Positions 7,452 to 16,756 of a stretch of 64,000 bases of DNA are shown here, piece by piece. Location of the stretch: NCBI GenBank assembly GCA_036380835.1, contig DASVDZ010000069.1, positions 49,094 to 113,093 of the forward strand, given 5' to 3'. Numbering within the stretch: position 1 is the stretch's first letter; every line of letters starts with the position of its first letter. This DNA comes from Candidatus Eiseniibacteriota bacterium. Its GTDB lineage: Bacteria; Eisenbacteria; RBG-16-71-46; SZUA-252. Below the pieces are notes generated by a model that ran no database searches, had not been told where the DNA came from, and saw only the letters and a list, made by a program, of their open reading frames with translations. Made by a program: the position numbers and the translations under genes.

Positions 7452-10054
7452 CGGGAATGGCCGACGCGCCCGGGGCGCCCGGGCACCCCGATCCGGCGGC
7501 GATCGCCCGCTCGCTCGCGGCGATCGCGTCTCCGTCCGGGATCGACGCCGGGCTTCGCGAGGCGGCCCGCCTCCTGGGGACCTGCTCGGCCTCGCGCGTC
7601 TCGGGGGTCCTCTACGTGAGGGACGGAGAGATCGCGCACGAGGCGTGGCACCCCGAGGCCGAGAAGCGGCACGTCGAGACGATGATCCCGCTCAAGCAGG
7701 CCGCGCTGGCCGCGGCCGCCGGGGAGGCCCCCGACGACCGCCGGGTCACCGCGTGCGCCGTCGCGGGCGACGGCGCCGCCACCGTCCCGGAGGCGGTGGT
7801 CTGGGTTCGCGCGGAGGATCGGGGAAGCGCCGCGGGGGACGGTCGCCGCGAGTCGCCCGAGGTCGAGCGCCTCGCGCAGGCGGTGCTCTCGCTCCTCGGC
7901 GGGAAGATCGCGGCGGCGGCCGAGGGGGCGCGCTACCACGAGCGCCAGGAACAGTACGAGCGGTGGTTCCAGACCCTCGACGCGCAGCTTCGGATCCTCG
8001 ACCGGGAGCGGCAGAAGTTCGCCGCCGTCGCGAATCAGCCGGACAGCTACGCGTTCGTCACGGACGGATCGCGGACCGTGCGCTGGCTCAACAAGGCGAT
8101 GGCGGGCCTCCTCGCGCGTCTCGGCGGGGAGGGCGAGCGGCTCGGCCGGTCGTGCGAGGAGGTCTGCGTCCGCCTGGGGCTGACCGGGCGCCCGGAGGGC
8201 TGCGCCGCCTGTCCGGTGATGCGCGCGTACGAGACGAACGAGGGGAGCCACCTCGAGGTCCGGACCGGCGCCGGCGACGCGGAGCGGGATCTCTACGTGA
8301 CCGCGCTGCCGATTCGCGGCCCCGACGGCCGCCCGATCGAGGTGCTCGGGCAGATCCAGGACGTCACCAACCTCGAGGTCGTCCGGCGCGCCAAGGAGCG
8401 CCTCGAGACGGTGATCTCAGGAGCGCCGATCGTGCTCTACGCGGTCGATCGCGACGGGTGCTTCACCCTCTCCGTGGGGAAGGGGCTCGAGGCGCTCGGC
8501 CTGAAGCCGGGCGAGGTGATCGGCCGCTCGGTGTTCGAGATGTACGGCGGCGTTCCCGGCGTCGAGGACGCGATCCAGCGGGCGCTCGCGGGCGAGACCC
8601 TGACGCGGAGCGTGCTCGTCGGCGACGCCGCCTTCGAATCGTACTTCGGCCCGCTGCGCGGGCCGGGCGGCGAGATCGAGGGGATGATCGGCGTCTCGAC
8701 CGACGTCACCGAGCGCCGCCGCGCGGAGGAGGCGCTCCGCCGGAGCGAGGAGCAGCTCCGCCACGCCCAGCGAATCGAGGCGGTCGGGAGCCTCGCGGGC
8801 GGCGTCGCGCACGACTTCAACAACCTTCTCACCGCGCTCTTCGGGCACCTCAAGTTCCTGCGCGCGCGCGTCGCTCCCGGCTCCGATCTCGAGCGGGAAG
8901 TGGACGCCATCCAGCGCGCGGCCGATCGCGCCGCGTCGCTCACCCGCCAGCTCCTCGCGTTCAGCCGGAAGCAGGTGCTCCAGCTCCGGGCCGTGGACAT
9001 GAACGGGGTCGTGCGCGACATGGAGCCGATGCTTCGGCGGCTGATCCGGGAGGACGTCGAGCTCCGCATCCAGCCGGAGGCCACGGAGGCGTGGATTACC
9101 GCCGATCCGGGACAGATCGAGCAGGTCGTGATGAACCTGGCGGTGAACGCGCGCGACGCGATGCCGCAGGGCGGGCGCCTCACGATCCGGACCGCGAACG
9201 TGACGGCCGGACCCGAAGGGTTCGGGGAATGGCCCGGATCGCCCGGGATCGAGCCGCGCGACCCCGTCGCGGCGGGCCGGTACGTCGCGCTCATGGTCCG
9301 GGACACGGGCACCGGGATGGACGCGGCGACCCAGGAGCGCGCGTTCGAGCCGTTCTTCACGACGAAGCCGGTCGGCGAGGGGACCGGGCTCGGGCTCTCC
9401 ACCGTCTACGGCATCGTCAAGCAGAGCGGCGGGGAGATCTACCTGACGAGCGCGCCGGGAAGCGGCGCGACGTTCACGATCTACTTCCCCTGCGCCGACC
9501 CGGCCGTGGGGTCGGGGCCAGGAGGTAGCGCGTCATCGGCGGCGTCGACGGCGGCGGGCGCTCGGGCGGGGGCCCCGTCGGGCGAGGGCGCCGACGCCCC
9601 GGCCCCTCGCGGCGTGACCGTCCTCCTCGTCGAGGACGAGCAGATGGTCCGCGACCTCTTCCGCGACGTGCTCGTGGACGCGGGCTTCACGGTGCTCGAG
9701 GCGGGGAGCGGCGACGAAGCCCTCGCGATCGCGGCGCGCCACGGAGAGCCGATCGACATCATGGTCACCGACGTCGTCATGCCGGGAATGGGCGGCGGCG
9801 AGCTGGTGCAGCGGATGGCGTCGGCGCACCCCGAGGTCCACGTCCTCTACGTTTCCGGCTACACGGACGACGTGCTCGTCCGCCGGGGCGTCCTCGACAC
9901 CGGCATTCCCTTCCTGCAGAAGCCCTGCATGCCCGACGAGCTGGTGCGCGGCGTCCGCGCCGCGCTCGACGCGCCCTCCCGCCCGCGCGACGCTACAACT
10001 GGAACCAGATCCTCCGATGGAGGAGGCTCTGGTCGTGTCCGATCAGAAGATTGA
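7448..10054 (+). CDS. Hybrid sensor histidine kinase/response regulator with PAS domains
   Basis: 868 aa. H-box AHDFNNLL. ATPase boxes NLAVNARDAM, DTGTGMD and GTGLGLS. C-terminal receiver (VLLVEDE, DIMVTDVVMPGMGG, KP). One PAS domain carries a Cys cluster. Confidence 0.85.
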   Translation: MTGMADAPGAPGHPDPAAIARSLAAIASPSGIDAGLREAARLLGTCSASRVSGVLYVRDGEIAHEAWHPEAEKRHVETMIPLKQAALAAAAGEAPDDRRVTACAVAGDGAATVPEAVVWVRAEDRGSAAGDGRRESPEVERLAQAVLSLLGGKIAAAAEGARYHERQEQYERWFQTLDAQLRILDRERQKFAAVANQPDSYAFVTDGSRTVRWLNKAMAGLLARLGGEGERLGRSCEEVCVRLGLTGRPEGCAACPVMRAYETNEGSHLEVRTGAGDAERDLYVTALPIRGPDGRPIEVLGQIQDVTNLEVVRRAKERLETVISGAPIVLYAVDRDGCFTLSVGKGLEALGLKPGEVIGRSVFEMYGGVPGVEDAIQRALAGETLTRSVLVGDAAFESYFGPLRGPGGEIEGMIGVSTDVTERRRAEEALRRSEEQLRHAQRIEAVGSLAGGVAHDFNNLLTALFGHLKFLRARVAPGSDLEREVDAIQRAADRAASLTRQLLAFSRKQVLQLRAVDMNGVVRDMEPMLRRLIREDVELRIQPEATEAWITADPGQIEQVVMNLAVNARDAMPQGGRLTIRTANVTAGPEGFGEWPGSPGIEPRDPVAAGRYVALMVRDTGTGMDAATQERAFEPFFTTKPVGEGTGLGLSTVYGIVKQSGGEIYLTSAPGSGATFTIYFPCADPAVGSGPGGSASSAASTAAGARAGAPSGEGADAPAPRGVTVLLVEDEQMVRDLFRDVLVDAGFTVLEAGSGDEALAIAARHGEPIDIMVTDVVMPGMGGGELVQRMASAHPEVHVLYVSGYTDDVLVRRGVLDTGIPFLQKPCMPDELVRGVRAALDAPSRPRDATTGTRSSDGGGSGRVRSED

Positions 10055-10676
10055 GCTCGGGCCCCTCCGATCCCACGAACAAGCGCGCCCCGCGAACGTC
10101 CGCCGGAAGATCGAAGACGAGGAGCGTCTCGTAGGATTCGCCGGGGCGAAGGGGCGTGTCGAGCGACGTGCTCGCGCGCCCCGAGGCGGCGAGCGCGCGT
10201 TCCCCCTCGGGCGAGCGGTCGTAGCGGCGCCCCGCCGCGTCCTTCACGAAGACCCGTCGCGGGTTCGGCGCCAGAGGGCTCATCCCCCGCCGCGGCGAGA
10301 TGGTGGTCTCGTCGAACCAGGTCCTCAGGCGGACGACCGTGAAGCGTCCCCGGGCCCGAACGGGATCGAGCGGCGGACCCAGCAGGGGGGTCGTCTCGGT
10401 GCCCGCGACGGAATAGGCGAGGTGGCAGTCGATCTCGCAGAAGTACTTCTTCTCGCCCGGGCCGAGGACGATCTCGCGACTCGTCGCCGACGCGGCGAGG
10501 AGGAGCGCCGCGTAGACGCCGATCACGAGAAGGCCGAAGCCCCCGATCCACGGCACGAGGCGCGCGCGACGGAAGAGCGCGGCGGCGAGGACGCCCAGGG
10601 CCGAGGCGGCCACGAGGAATCCGGCGCCGAGGAACGCGAGGACGACGAACGGGGCGTAGGGCAGGTCATGCGCCAT
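9993..10676 (-). CDS. Hypothetical membrane-anchored protein (2 N-terminal TM helices, extracytoplasmic beta-rich domain)
   Basis: 227 aa. ATG 10676 is preceded by AAGGAG. Hydrophobic N-terminus. Last gene of a three-gene minus-strand unit. Confidence 0.6.
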   Translation of the reverse strand: MAHDLPYAPFVVLAFLGAGFLVAASALGVLAAALFRRARLVPWIGGFGLLVIGVYAALLLAASATSREIVLGPGEKKYFCEIDCHLAYSVAGTETTPLLGPPLDPVRARGRFTVVRLRTWFDETTISPRRGMSPLAPNPRRVFVKDAAGRRYDRSPEGERALAASGRASTSLDTPLRPGESYETLLVFDLPADVRGARLFVGSEGPELNLLIGHDQSLLHRRIWFQL

Positions 10677-10685
10677 GGCGGGCTC

Positions 10686-10700
10686 CTTTGCGTTGCAAAG
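10686..10700. promoter_or_regulatory. Inverted repeat CTTTG-N5-CAAAG (copy 1), overlapping the RBS of gene 9993..10676
   Basis: ctttgcgttgcaaag read directly. The same CTTTG-N5-CAAAG architecture recurs at 11766-11780. Confidence 0.3.
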
Positions 10701-10721
10701 TGATGAGCCACGAAAAGCGGC

Positions 10722-11126
10722 TCACGACCGCTGCGCCCAGCGGATGACCGCGGCGAGATGGCTCAGATGGCGCTCCAGGGCGCGCCGCCCCGCCGGCGTC
10801 AGGCGGTACTCGGTCTTCGGGACGCGCCCCTCGAACGACTTGGCGCAGGCGACGTAGCCCGCCTCCTCCAGCCGCCGCGCGTGCACCGAGAGGTTGCCGT
10901 CGGTCAGGTCGAGCAGCTCCTTCAGCTCGTTGAAGGTGAGCGTCTCGTTCACGGCGAGGGCGCTCACGATGCCGAGCCGCGCGCGCTCGTGGATCACGCG
11001 GTCGAGCGCGGCGAGGCCCTCGGGCGCGGGGCCGGGAGCGCCCCGCGGCCGCTTGCCCTTGGGCGGATCGCCGTAGGGGCGCGGATCCTCGTCGCGCGCG
11101 CGCGCGGGCCGGCCGCGGTCAGCCAC
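10722..11126 (-). CDS. Winged-helix transcriptional regulator (MarR/ArsR-like wHTH)
   Basis: 134 aa. VIHERARLGIVSALAVNETLTFNELKELLDLTDGNLSVHARRLEEAGYV..EYRLTPAGR is a classic wHTH. Confidence 0.75.
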   Translation of the reverse strand: MADRGRPARARDEDPRPYGDPPKGKRPRGAPGPAPEGLAALDRVIHERARLGIVSALAVNETLTFNELKELLDLTDGNLSVHARRLEEAGYVACAKSFEGRVPKTEYRLTPAGRRALERHLSHLAAVIRWAQRS

Positions 11127-11727
11127 CGTGCCTCCGCGCGATGTGGAACCCGAACACGATCTGGAGCCCTCCGAATCCCGCGGCGAGGTACGCGTCCCCC
11201 CATCCGGGCGGCGAGAAGAGCGCGATCGCGCCCAGCGCCATGAACGAGAGGCCGAGCGCCGGCACGACGCGCACCGAGAAGGCGCCGGCGGTCACGACCG
11301 CGGCGCCGTAGAGCGTGAGCCAGATCCCCGGAAGGAGCGGAATCCCGCCCGCCCGCGCGAGCGCCATCGTGGCGAGCGCCGCGGCCACGATGGGCGGCGA
11401 GAGCGTCATCACGAAGCGCCGCGAGGCGCCGCCCATGAGGGGCGTTCCCGCGCGGCGCGCCTTCCAGACGATCGCGGCGCATCCGATCGCGAACGCGGTC
11501 AGCGCCTCGAAGAGCCAGACCGCCAGCCACGCCTCCGGGGTCGGCGCGCGGTGCGCGAGCCACGCCGTGCCGAGGGCGGTCGCGCCCATGACGACGCCGC
11601 CCCAGCCTGGGACCGCCGTGAAGGAGCCCGCGCGCTCCATCGCGTCCCGGATGACGCGGAGGTGCTCGTGGGCACGCTCCTGGAGCGGTGGCGGAACGTC
11701 GTAGGCCGGATCGGGGTGGGGCGCCAT
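11119..11727 (-). CDS. Hypothetical polytopic membrane protein
   Basis: Track ORF 11119..12213. I start at ATG 11727 (MAPHPDPAYD..). About 5 hydrophobic helices. It overlaps the regulator start by 8 nt. Confidence 0.6.
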   Translation of the reverse strand: MAPHPDPAYDVPPPLQERAHEHLRVIRDAMERAGSFTAVPGWGGVVMGATALGTAWLAHRAPTPEAWLAVWLFEALTAFAIGCAAIVWKARRAGTPLMGGASRRFVMTLSPPIVAAALATMALARAGGIPLLPGIWLTLYGAAVVTAGAFSVRVVPALGLSFMALGAIALFSPPGWGDAYLAAGFGGLQIVFGFHIARRHGG

Positions 11728-11733
11728 GTGGGG

Positions 11734-11762
11734 AGTATCGGGGGCCGGCCGCTTGTTGTCAA
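11734..11762 (-). promoter_or_regulatory. Sigma70-type promoter TTGACA-N17-GATACT for the 11727 operon
   Basis: Minus strand reads cTTGACAacaagcggccggcccccGATACTccccacATG. The -10 box ends 6 nt before the ATG, so the mRNA may be leaderless. Confidence 0.4.
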
Positions 11763-11765
11763 GTA

Positions 11766-11780
11766 CTTTGTTATGCAAAG
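11766..11780. promoter_or_regulatory. Inverted repeat CTTTG-N5-CAAAG (copy 2), 3 nt upstream of the -35 box
   Basis: ctttgttatgcaaag read directly. Candidate operator of the wHTH regulator. Confidence 0.3.
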
Positions 11781-11880
11781 GTATGCCGGCGGCGCACCGT
11801 TCGCGCCTGGGAAGACCCCTTCCGGCCCCCCCTGTGATTCGGGTTCCCCCCCGCGCGCCGTGAGGCGTACCGTCGTTGTC

Positions 11881-12441
11881 ATGAAGCGAATCGGTTGGCT
11901 GGTCCTCATGGGTGTCCTGGCAGTCAGCGTCGGCGCCTGCGGCAGGAAGATCGTAGGTGGCGAAGGCGATTTCTTCCGTTCGCTCGTTCCCATCTACCCC
12001 AGTCGCAGCACGCCTCGGAACGCGCTCCTCTATTACAAGGCTGCCTGGGAGAACCGGGACTCGACCCGCATCGATACGGTCCTCGCTGAGGACTACGCCG
12101 GAAGCAGCGCCGACCAGTCCGAAACGCTCCAATTCTCCAAGGCGGACGAGATTCGCGCGTTGGGCGGGATCCAGCTCTCGCAGCGGGTGACACGGGTCAT
12201 CGTCGACCTGCACGATCCATCGACATGGATCTGGCAGTACTACGCCGGCGATTCAGCCGCTTGGGTGTCCTACTCCATCCCGTCGCCCCGCATCGAGGTC
12301 GACGACGTGGTCATGGGATCCCTCCTCGCGGACCAATCCACGTTCATGGAGTTCACCTTCCGGCCGACGACTCCGGCCCCCGCCTCTCCCACCGACACGC
12401 TCTGGACCATCGTTCGATGGCGGGAGCAGGGCCCGCCCTGA
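11881..12441 (+). CDS. Hypothetical lipoprotein
   Basis: Real part of track ORF 11128..12441. MKRIGWLVLMGVLAVSVGAC is a signal peptide with a lipobox. No family recognised. Confidence 0.6.
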   Translation: MKRIGWLVLMGVLAVSVGACGRKIVGGEGDFFRSLVPIYPSRSTPRNALLYYKAAWENRDSTRIDTVLAEDYAGSSADQSETLQFSKADEIRALGGIQLSQRVTRVIVDLHDPSTWIWQYYAGDSAAWVSYSIPSPRIEVDDVVMGSLLADQSTFMEFTFRPTTPAPASPTDTLWTIVRWREQGPP

Positions 12442-12474
12442 CCGTCACCCTCCCGCCCCTCGATGGGGCGAGCG

Positions 12475-13503
12475 TTACCGGCCGATCGTCGTGACGACCC
12501 GTTGCGGGAAGGGGATCACGATTCCTTCCCGGTCGTAACGCGCTTTGATCCGCTTCACGAATTCGTGGGTCACGAGATAGCGGTCGGGGAAGCGCTTCAC
12601 GCGGAGGATCACCGAGAAGTTGATCGAGGAATCGCCGAACGTGTGGTAGCGGATGAAGGGCTCGAACGTCGCGACGCCCCCCTCCACCGTCCGCAGGACG
12701 TCGCGCGCCACGTCGACCGTGACGCGCTCCACCTTCTCCAGGTCGGACTCGTACGCCACACCCATCTGGACCAACGCCGACTGCTCCGACTCCGGGAGAT
12801 CGTAGTTCGTGAAGATCATCTCGGCGACGCGGGAGTTCGGGACGACGATGATGTTGTTCGGCAGCTCGCGGACGCGCGTGGCACGCCAGCCGATGTCGAT
12901 GATGAACCCCTCGCTTCCCGTCTCGAGGCGCACGTAGTCGCCGACACGGATCGGCCGCGCCAGGGCGAGGTGGATTCCCGCGAAGAGATTGGAGAGGGTG
13001 GGCTGGAGCGCGAGCGCTACCGCGAGCGAGCCCACCCCCAGCGCGGTCAGGAGCGGCGTGATCGAGACGCCGAGGTTGGAGAGGATGAGCAGCAGCCCCA
13101 GGCTCAGCACGATGATCCGCACCACGTACTGCATCAGGCTGGTGGTACCGATCGCGGCGCCCGACCCGCGGGTGAAGGCGTCGAGCCAGCCCGCCGCGAA
13201 ACGCGCCGCGGCGAGGCTCGCCGAGAGCAGGAAGGCCGCCCCGCACGCTTTGTCGATGACCGGCGTCAGGTCCGGTCGGATCGGCGCGGCCCGGGCGGCG
13301 AGCGCGATCCCGCCGAGGAGGAACCAGAGCGGGACGTGCCGTCCGATCGTCCGGAGCGCGAGATCGTCCAGCGGCGTCGCGGTGCGGGAGAAGAGAGCGC
13401 CCAGATAGCGGATCACCACGATTCGGATGATCGCCCCGAGGGCGGCCGCGCCCGCGAGGACGAGGGTCGCCGTGAGCCAGGACGGGTGCACTTCGACGGC
13501 CAT
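12475..13503 (-). CDS. Mechanosensitive ion channel (MscS family)
   Basis: Track ORF to 13509 (GTG). ATG 13503 follows GGGAGG. LSNLFAGIHLALARPIRVGDYV..GFIIDIGWRATRV is the MscS signature region. Confidence 0.85.
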   Translation of the reverse strand: MAVEVHPSWLTATLVLAGAAALGAIIRIVVIRYLGALFSRTATPLDDLALRTIGRHVPLWFLLGGIALAARAAPIRPDLTPVIDKACGAAFLLSASLAAARFAAGWLDAFTRGSGAAIGTTSLMQYVVRIIVLSLGLLLILSNLGVSITPLLTALGVGSLAVALALQPTLSNLFAGIHLALARPIRVGDYVRLETGSEGFIIDIGWRATRVRELPNNIIVVPNSRVAEMIFTNYDLPESEQSALVQMGVAYESDLEKVERVTVDVARDVLRTVEGGVATFEPFIRYHTFGDSSINFSVILRVKRFPDRYLVTHEFVKRIKARYDREGIVIPFPQRVVTTIGR

Positions 13504-13634
13504 GGCCACCTCCCTTCGGACGGGCGCGCGATCGCAACCCGAATGTGCCAGCCGATCCGCGGACTGTCAATCCAAGGGGCTCGCCGGCGAGTCGGGGGTC
13601 ACAGCGCGCGCCGGCGCGTGTATCATCTCTGCCC

Positions 13635-15914
13635 ATGCCGAACCTGATCGCGCGCTACACGAACTGGCTCCATACGCGCTGGCCCGCCGGCACCGTGGAG
13701 GCGCTCCCCGAGGTTCGCGAGGACGGCGCGACCGCGATCCCCGGCGTCTTCATCTGCGGCGACCTGACGGGCATCCCGCTCCTCAAGTTCGCCCTCGACT
13801 CCGGAGCGCACACGGCCCGCCGGATCGCCGAGGATCCGGCGCTCCGGCGAAGCGATGGCGGATCGCCGGGCGGCGCGGGCGGAGCCGCGGGCGCCGGCGG
13901 CCCGGCGCCGCTCGACCTCGCGATCATCGGCGCCGGGGTCTCGGGCATGGCCGCGGCCCTCGAGGCGAAGCGCCACGGCCTCTCCTTCGCGGTGCTCGAG
14001 GCGGCCGAGCCGTTCGCGACCCTCGTCAACTTCCCGAAGCGGAAACCGATCTACACCTACCCGATGTCGATGCGGCCGGAGGGGCCGCTCCAGGTGAGCG
14101 CCGACGTGAAGGAGGCGCTGATCGAGGAGCTGAGGCGGCAGACGGATGCCGCGGGGATCGCCCCGCGCGCCGCGCGCGCCGAGCGCGTCGAGCGAACGGG
14201 GGGACTCCTGCGCGTCGACGTGGCGGGCGGGGAGCCGCTCCACGCGAAGCGCGTCCTGATCGCCATCGGACGGAGCGGCGACTACCGCATGCTCGGCGTT
14301 CCGGGCGAGGACCGGGACAAGGTCTCGAACCGACTCCACGACCCGCACGACTTCGCGGGGAAGGACGCGCTCGTGGTCGGCGGCGGCGACTCGGCGCTCG
14401 AGGCAGCCGTCGCGCTCGCCGAGGCGGGAGCGCGCGTCACGCTCTCGTATCGGAAGCCGGAGCTCTCGCGGCCCAAGCCGGAGAACGTGGAGCGCCTCCG
14501 GGCGCTCCCGGGCGTGACGCTCCGCCTCCCTTCCGTCGTGAAGGAGATCCGCGAGGGCGCGGTCCTTCTCGCCGGAAAGGACGGCGCGGCGGATTCGATC
14601 CCGAACGATGCCGTCTTCGTCATGATCGGCCGCGAGGCGCCGCTCGCCTTCTTCCGCCGCTCGGGAATCCCGATCGCGGGCGAGCGGCGCGCCCCGTCCT
14701 GGATCGCGATGGGGCTCTTCATTCTCTTCTGCGCGTGGCTCTACAACTGGAAGTCGGGGGGCTCGATGTCGGAGCTCTTCGCCGCGCGGCACTGGTTCCC
14801 GTTCGATCTCCCGGACCTCCTGCGCTCGCTCGGCGGCGGCGCGGCGCGCGCCGCCGCGAATCCGAAGACGCTCCTCGGGACCCTCGCGATCAGCGCCGCG
14901 GGCCCGTCGTTCTGGTACACGCTCGCCTACTCGCTCGTCGTGGTCGTCTTTGGCATCCGGCGGATCCACCGGCGGAAGACGCCGTACGTGACCGCGCAGA
15001 CGGTCACCCTCATGAGCGTCCAGGTCGTGCCGCTCTTCCTCCTGCCCGAGGTGATCCTCCCGCTCCTCGGGCACAACGGGCTCCTGCCTCGGGGGATCGC
15101 CGACGCGCTCTTCCCCTCGGTCACGTACGGCCACGGGCGCGAGTACTGGCGGGCGTACGGGCTCATCCTCGCGTGGCCGCTCAACGTCTACAACATCTTC
15201 ACGCACCAGCCGCTCTGGTGGTGGATCGGCATCGGGTTCCTCCAGACGTGCGTCCTGATCCCGGTCGGGATCTACTTCTTCGGCAAGGGCGTCTACTGCG
15301 GATGGATCTGCTCCTGCGGCGCGCTCGCCGAGACGCTGGGTGACACGCACCGGCACAAGATGCCGCACGGGCCCCGGTGGAACCGGCTCAACATGGCGGG
15401 ACAGGGGGTCCTCGCCGTCGCAATCCTGCTCCTCCTCGTTCGGATCGCGGGCTGGATCTTGCCCCCGGGGAACTGGGCCGACGCGATCTTCGACCCGGTG
15501 CTCAAGACGCACTACAAATGGGTGGTCGACGTCTTCCTCGCCGGCGTGATCGGCTACGGCGTCTACTTCTGGTACTCGGGCCGCTTCTGGTGCCGCTTCT
15601 TCTGCCCGCTCGCCGCGCTCATGCACGTCTACGCGCGGTTCAGCCGCTTCGCCATCGTCGCGGACAAGAAGAAGTGCATCTCCTGCAACGTCTGCACGTC
15701 GGTCTGCCACCAGGGGATCGACGTCATGAATTTCGCGAACAAGGGCGCGCCGATGATCGACCCGGAGTGCGTGCGCTGCTCGGCGTGCGTCCAGTCCTGC
15801 CCGACCGGCGTGCTGACGTTCGGCCGCGTCGACCGGGCTGGCCGCACGATCGCGCTCGATCTGCTTCCCGCCTCGCCCGTCCAGATGCGCGAGGGCGCCG
15901 GCGCCCCGCGGTGA
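13635..15914 (+). CDS. Fusion protein: FAD/NAD(P)-binding oxidoreductase (thioredoxin-reductase-like) + NapH/MauN-like polytopic 4Fe-4S membrane module
   Basis: Track ORF 13545..15914, started at ATG 13635. Flavoprotein motifs: GVFICGD, IIGAGVSGMAAA, VVGGGDSALEAA. Then TM helices with CGWICSCGA and FWCRFFCPLAA. Two ferredoxin motifs: CISCNVCTSVC and CVRCSACVQSCP. Confidence 0.8.
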   Translation: MPNLIARYTNWLHTRWPAGTVEALPEVREDGATAIPGVFICGDLTGIPLLKFALDSGAHTARRIAEDPALRRSDGGSPGGAGGAAGAGGPAPLDLAIIGAGVSGMAAALEAKRHGLSFAVLEAAEPFATLVNFPKRKPIYTYPMSMRPEGPLQVSADVKEALIEELRRQTDAAGIAPRAARAERVERTGGLLRVDVAGGEPLHAKRVLIAIGRSGDYRMLGVPGEDRDKVSNRLHDPHDFAGKDALVVGGGDSALEAAVALAEAGARVTLSYRKPELSRPKPENVERLRALPGVTLRLPSVVKEIREGAVLLAGKDGAADSIPNDAVFVMIGREAPLAFFRRSGIPIAGERRAPSWIAMGLFILFCAWLYNWKSGGSMSELFAARHWFPFDLPDLLRSLGGGAARAAANPKTLLGTLAISAAGPSFWYTLAYSLVVVVFGIRRIHRRKTPYVTAQTVTLMSVQVVPLFLLPEVILPLLGHNGLLPRGIADALFPSVTYGHGREYWRAYGLILAWPLNVYNIFTHQPLWWWIGIGFLQTCVLIPVGIYFFGKGVYCGWICSCGALAETLGDTHRHKMPHGPRWNRLNMAGQGVLAVAILLLLVRIAGWILPPGNWADAIFDPVLKTHYKWVVDVFLAGVIGYGVYFWYSGRFWCRFFCPLAALMHVYARFSRFAIVADKKKCISCNVCTSVCHQGIDVMNFANKGAPMIDPECVRCSACVQSCPTGVLTFGRVDRAGRTIALDLLPASPVQMREGAGAPR

Positions 15915-16639
15915 CCGACCCGTTCCTCGCCGGGGAGACGCTCCGCTTCTTCGAGCGCTTCCTCCCGCCGGCCCCCGCGCGGGTGCTCGTCGTGGGCGGC
16001 GACGACCCGGGCGTCGCGGCGTCGCTCGCGTCCCGGGGCTACGCCGTCGAGGCGGTCGACGAAGGGATCGAGCCGTCGAGCGATCCGGGGGGCGATCTCG
16101 TTCGGTGGGTTCCCGCCGACCTTCTCCATCTCGACGCGACCGAGACGTACGACGTCGTCGCCTTCGCGTGGGCCCTCCATCGCGCGTCGCCCCCTTCCCA
16201 GGCGCTCGATCGCGCGCGATCGCTCCTCGAGCCCGGCGGGCTCCTCCTCGCCGAGGAGGTCGCGTTCGATCGCGTGAACGTGCACACCGCGCGCTGGCTT
16301 TACGACCTCGAGGCCGTGCTCGTGGCGTCCGAGGTGCTCGCGCCGCCCGAGGCGCGCTTCGCGCAGGAAGCCAGGCCGCTCCTCCGATGGCGACAGGAGC
16401 ACGCCGCGGAGCCGCCGCTTCAATCCGGCCACGACATGCTCGCCGCGGCGCGCGATCGGTTCGCGCTCGAGGCGGTGGAGGAGGCGCCGTATCTCTACCG
16501 CCACCTGGTCGGGCGCCTCGAGCCGAGCGCCCGCGGCGCCCGGGTGCTGAGGCGGCTTTACGAGCTGGAGAGCCGCCTCGTCCGTGAGCGCGACATCGCG
16601 GCGGCGGGACTCCGGATGGCGGGCCGCCCGCTCGGCTGA
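15911..16639 (+). CDS. Class I SAM-methyltransferase-like protein (degenerate motif I)
   Basis: Real part of ORF 15377..16639. The GTG start overlaps the previous stop (GTGA). VLVVGGDDPGVAASLASRGYAVEAVD..GGLLLAEE. Confidence 0.55.
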   Translation: MTDPFLAGETLRFFERFLPPAPARVLVVGGDDPGVAASLASRGYAVEAVDEGIEPSSDPGGDLVRWVPADLLHLDATETYDVVAFAWALHRASPPSQALDRARSLLEPGGLLLAEEVAFDRVNVHTARWLYDLEAVLVASEVLAPPEARFAQEARPLLRWRQEHAAEPPLQSGHDMLAAARDRFALEAVEEAPYLYRHLVGRLEPSARGARVLRRLYELESRLVRERDIAAAGLRMAGRPLG

Positions 16640-16756
16640 CCCGCCGCGCCGTCGCCGCCGCGGCGCCGCCGCCCGACCGCGAGCGCGCGCTTCCTTCGCG
16701 GGCCCGGACCGTGCATAATCCCCCGATTCCCGGCGCGAAATCGAGGAAGGGGGCCG

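Noticed and set aside
10400-10440. CEIDCH in the membrane-anchored protein 9993..10676, read as a possible CX3CH variant haem c site
   Set aside because: It is a single occurrence in an otherwise non-cytochrome-like beta-rich domain. CX3CH sites are rare, and a disulfide or chance occurrence is more likely. There is nothing else to support haem binding.
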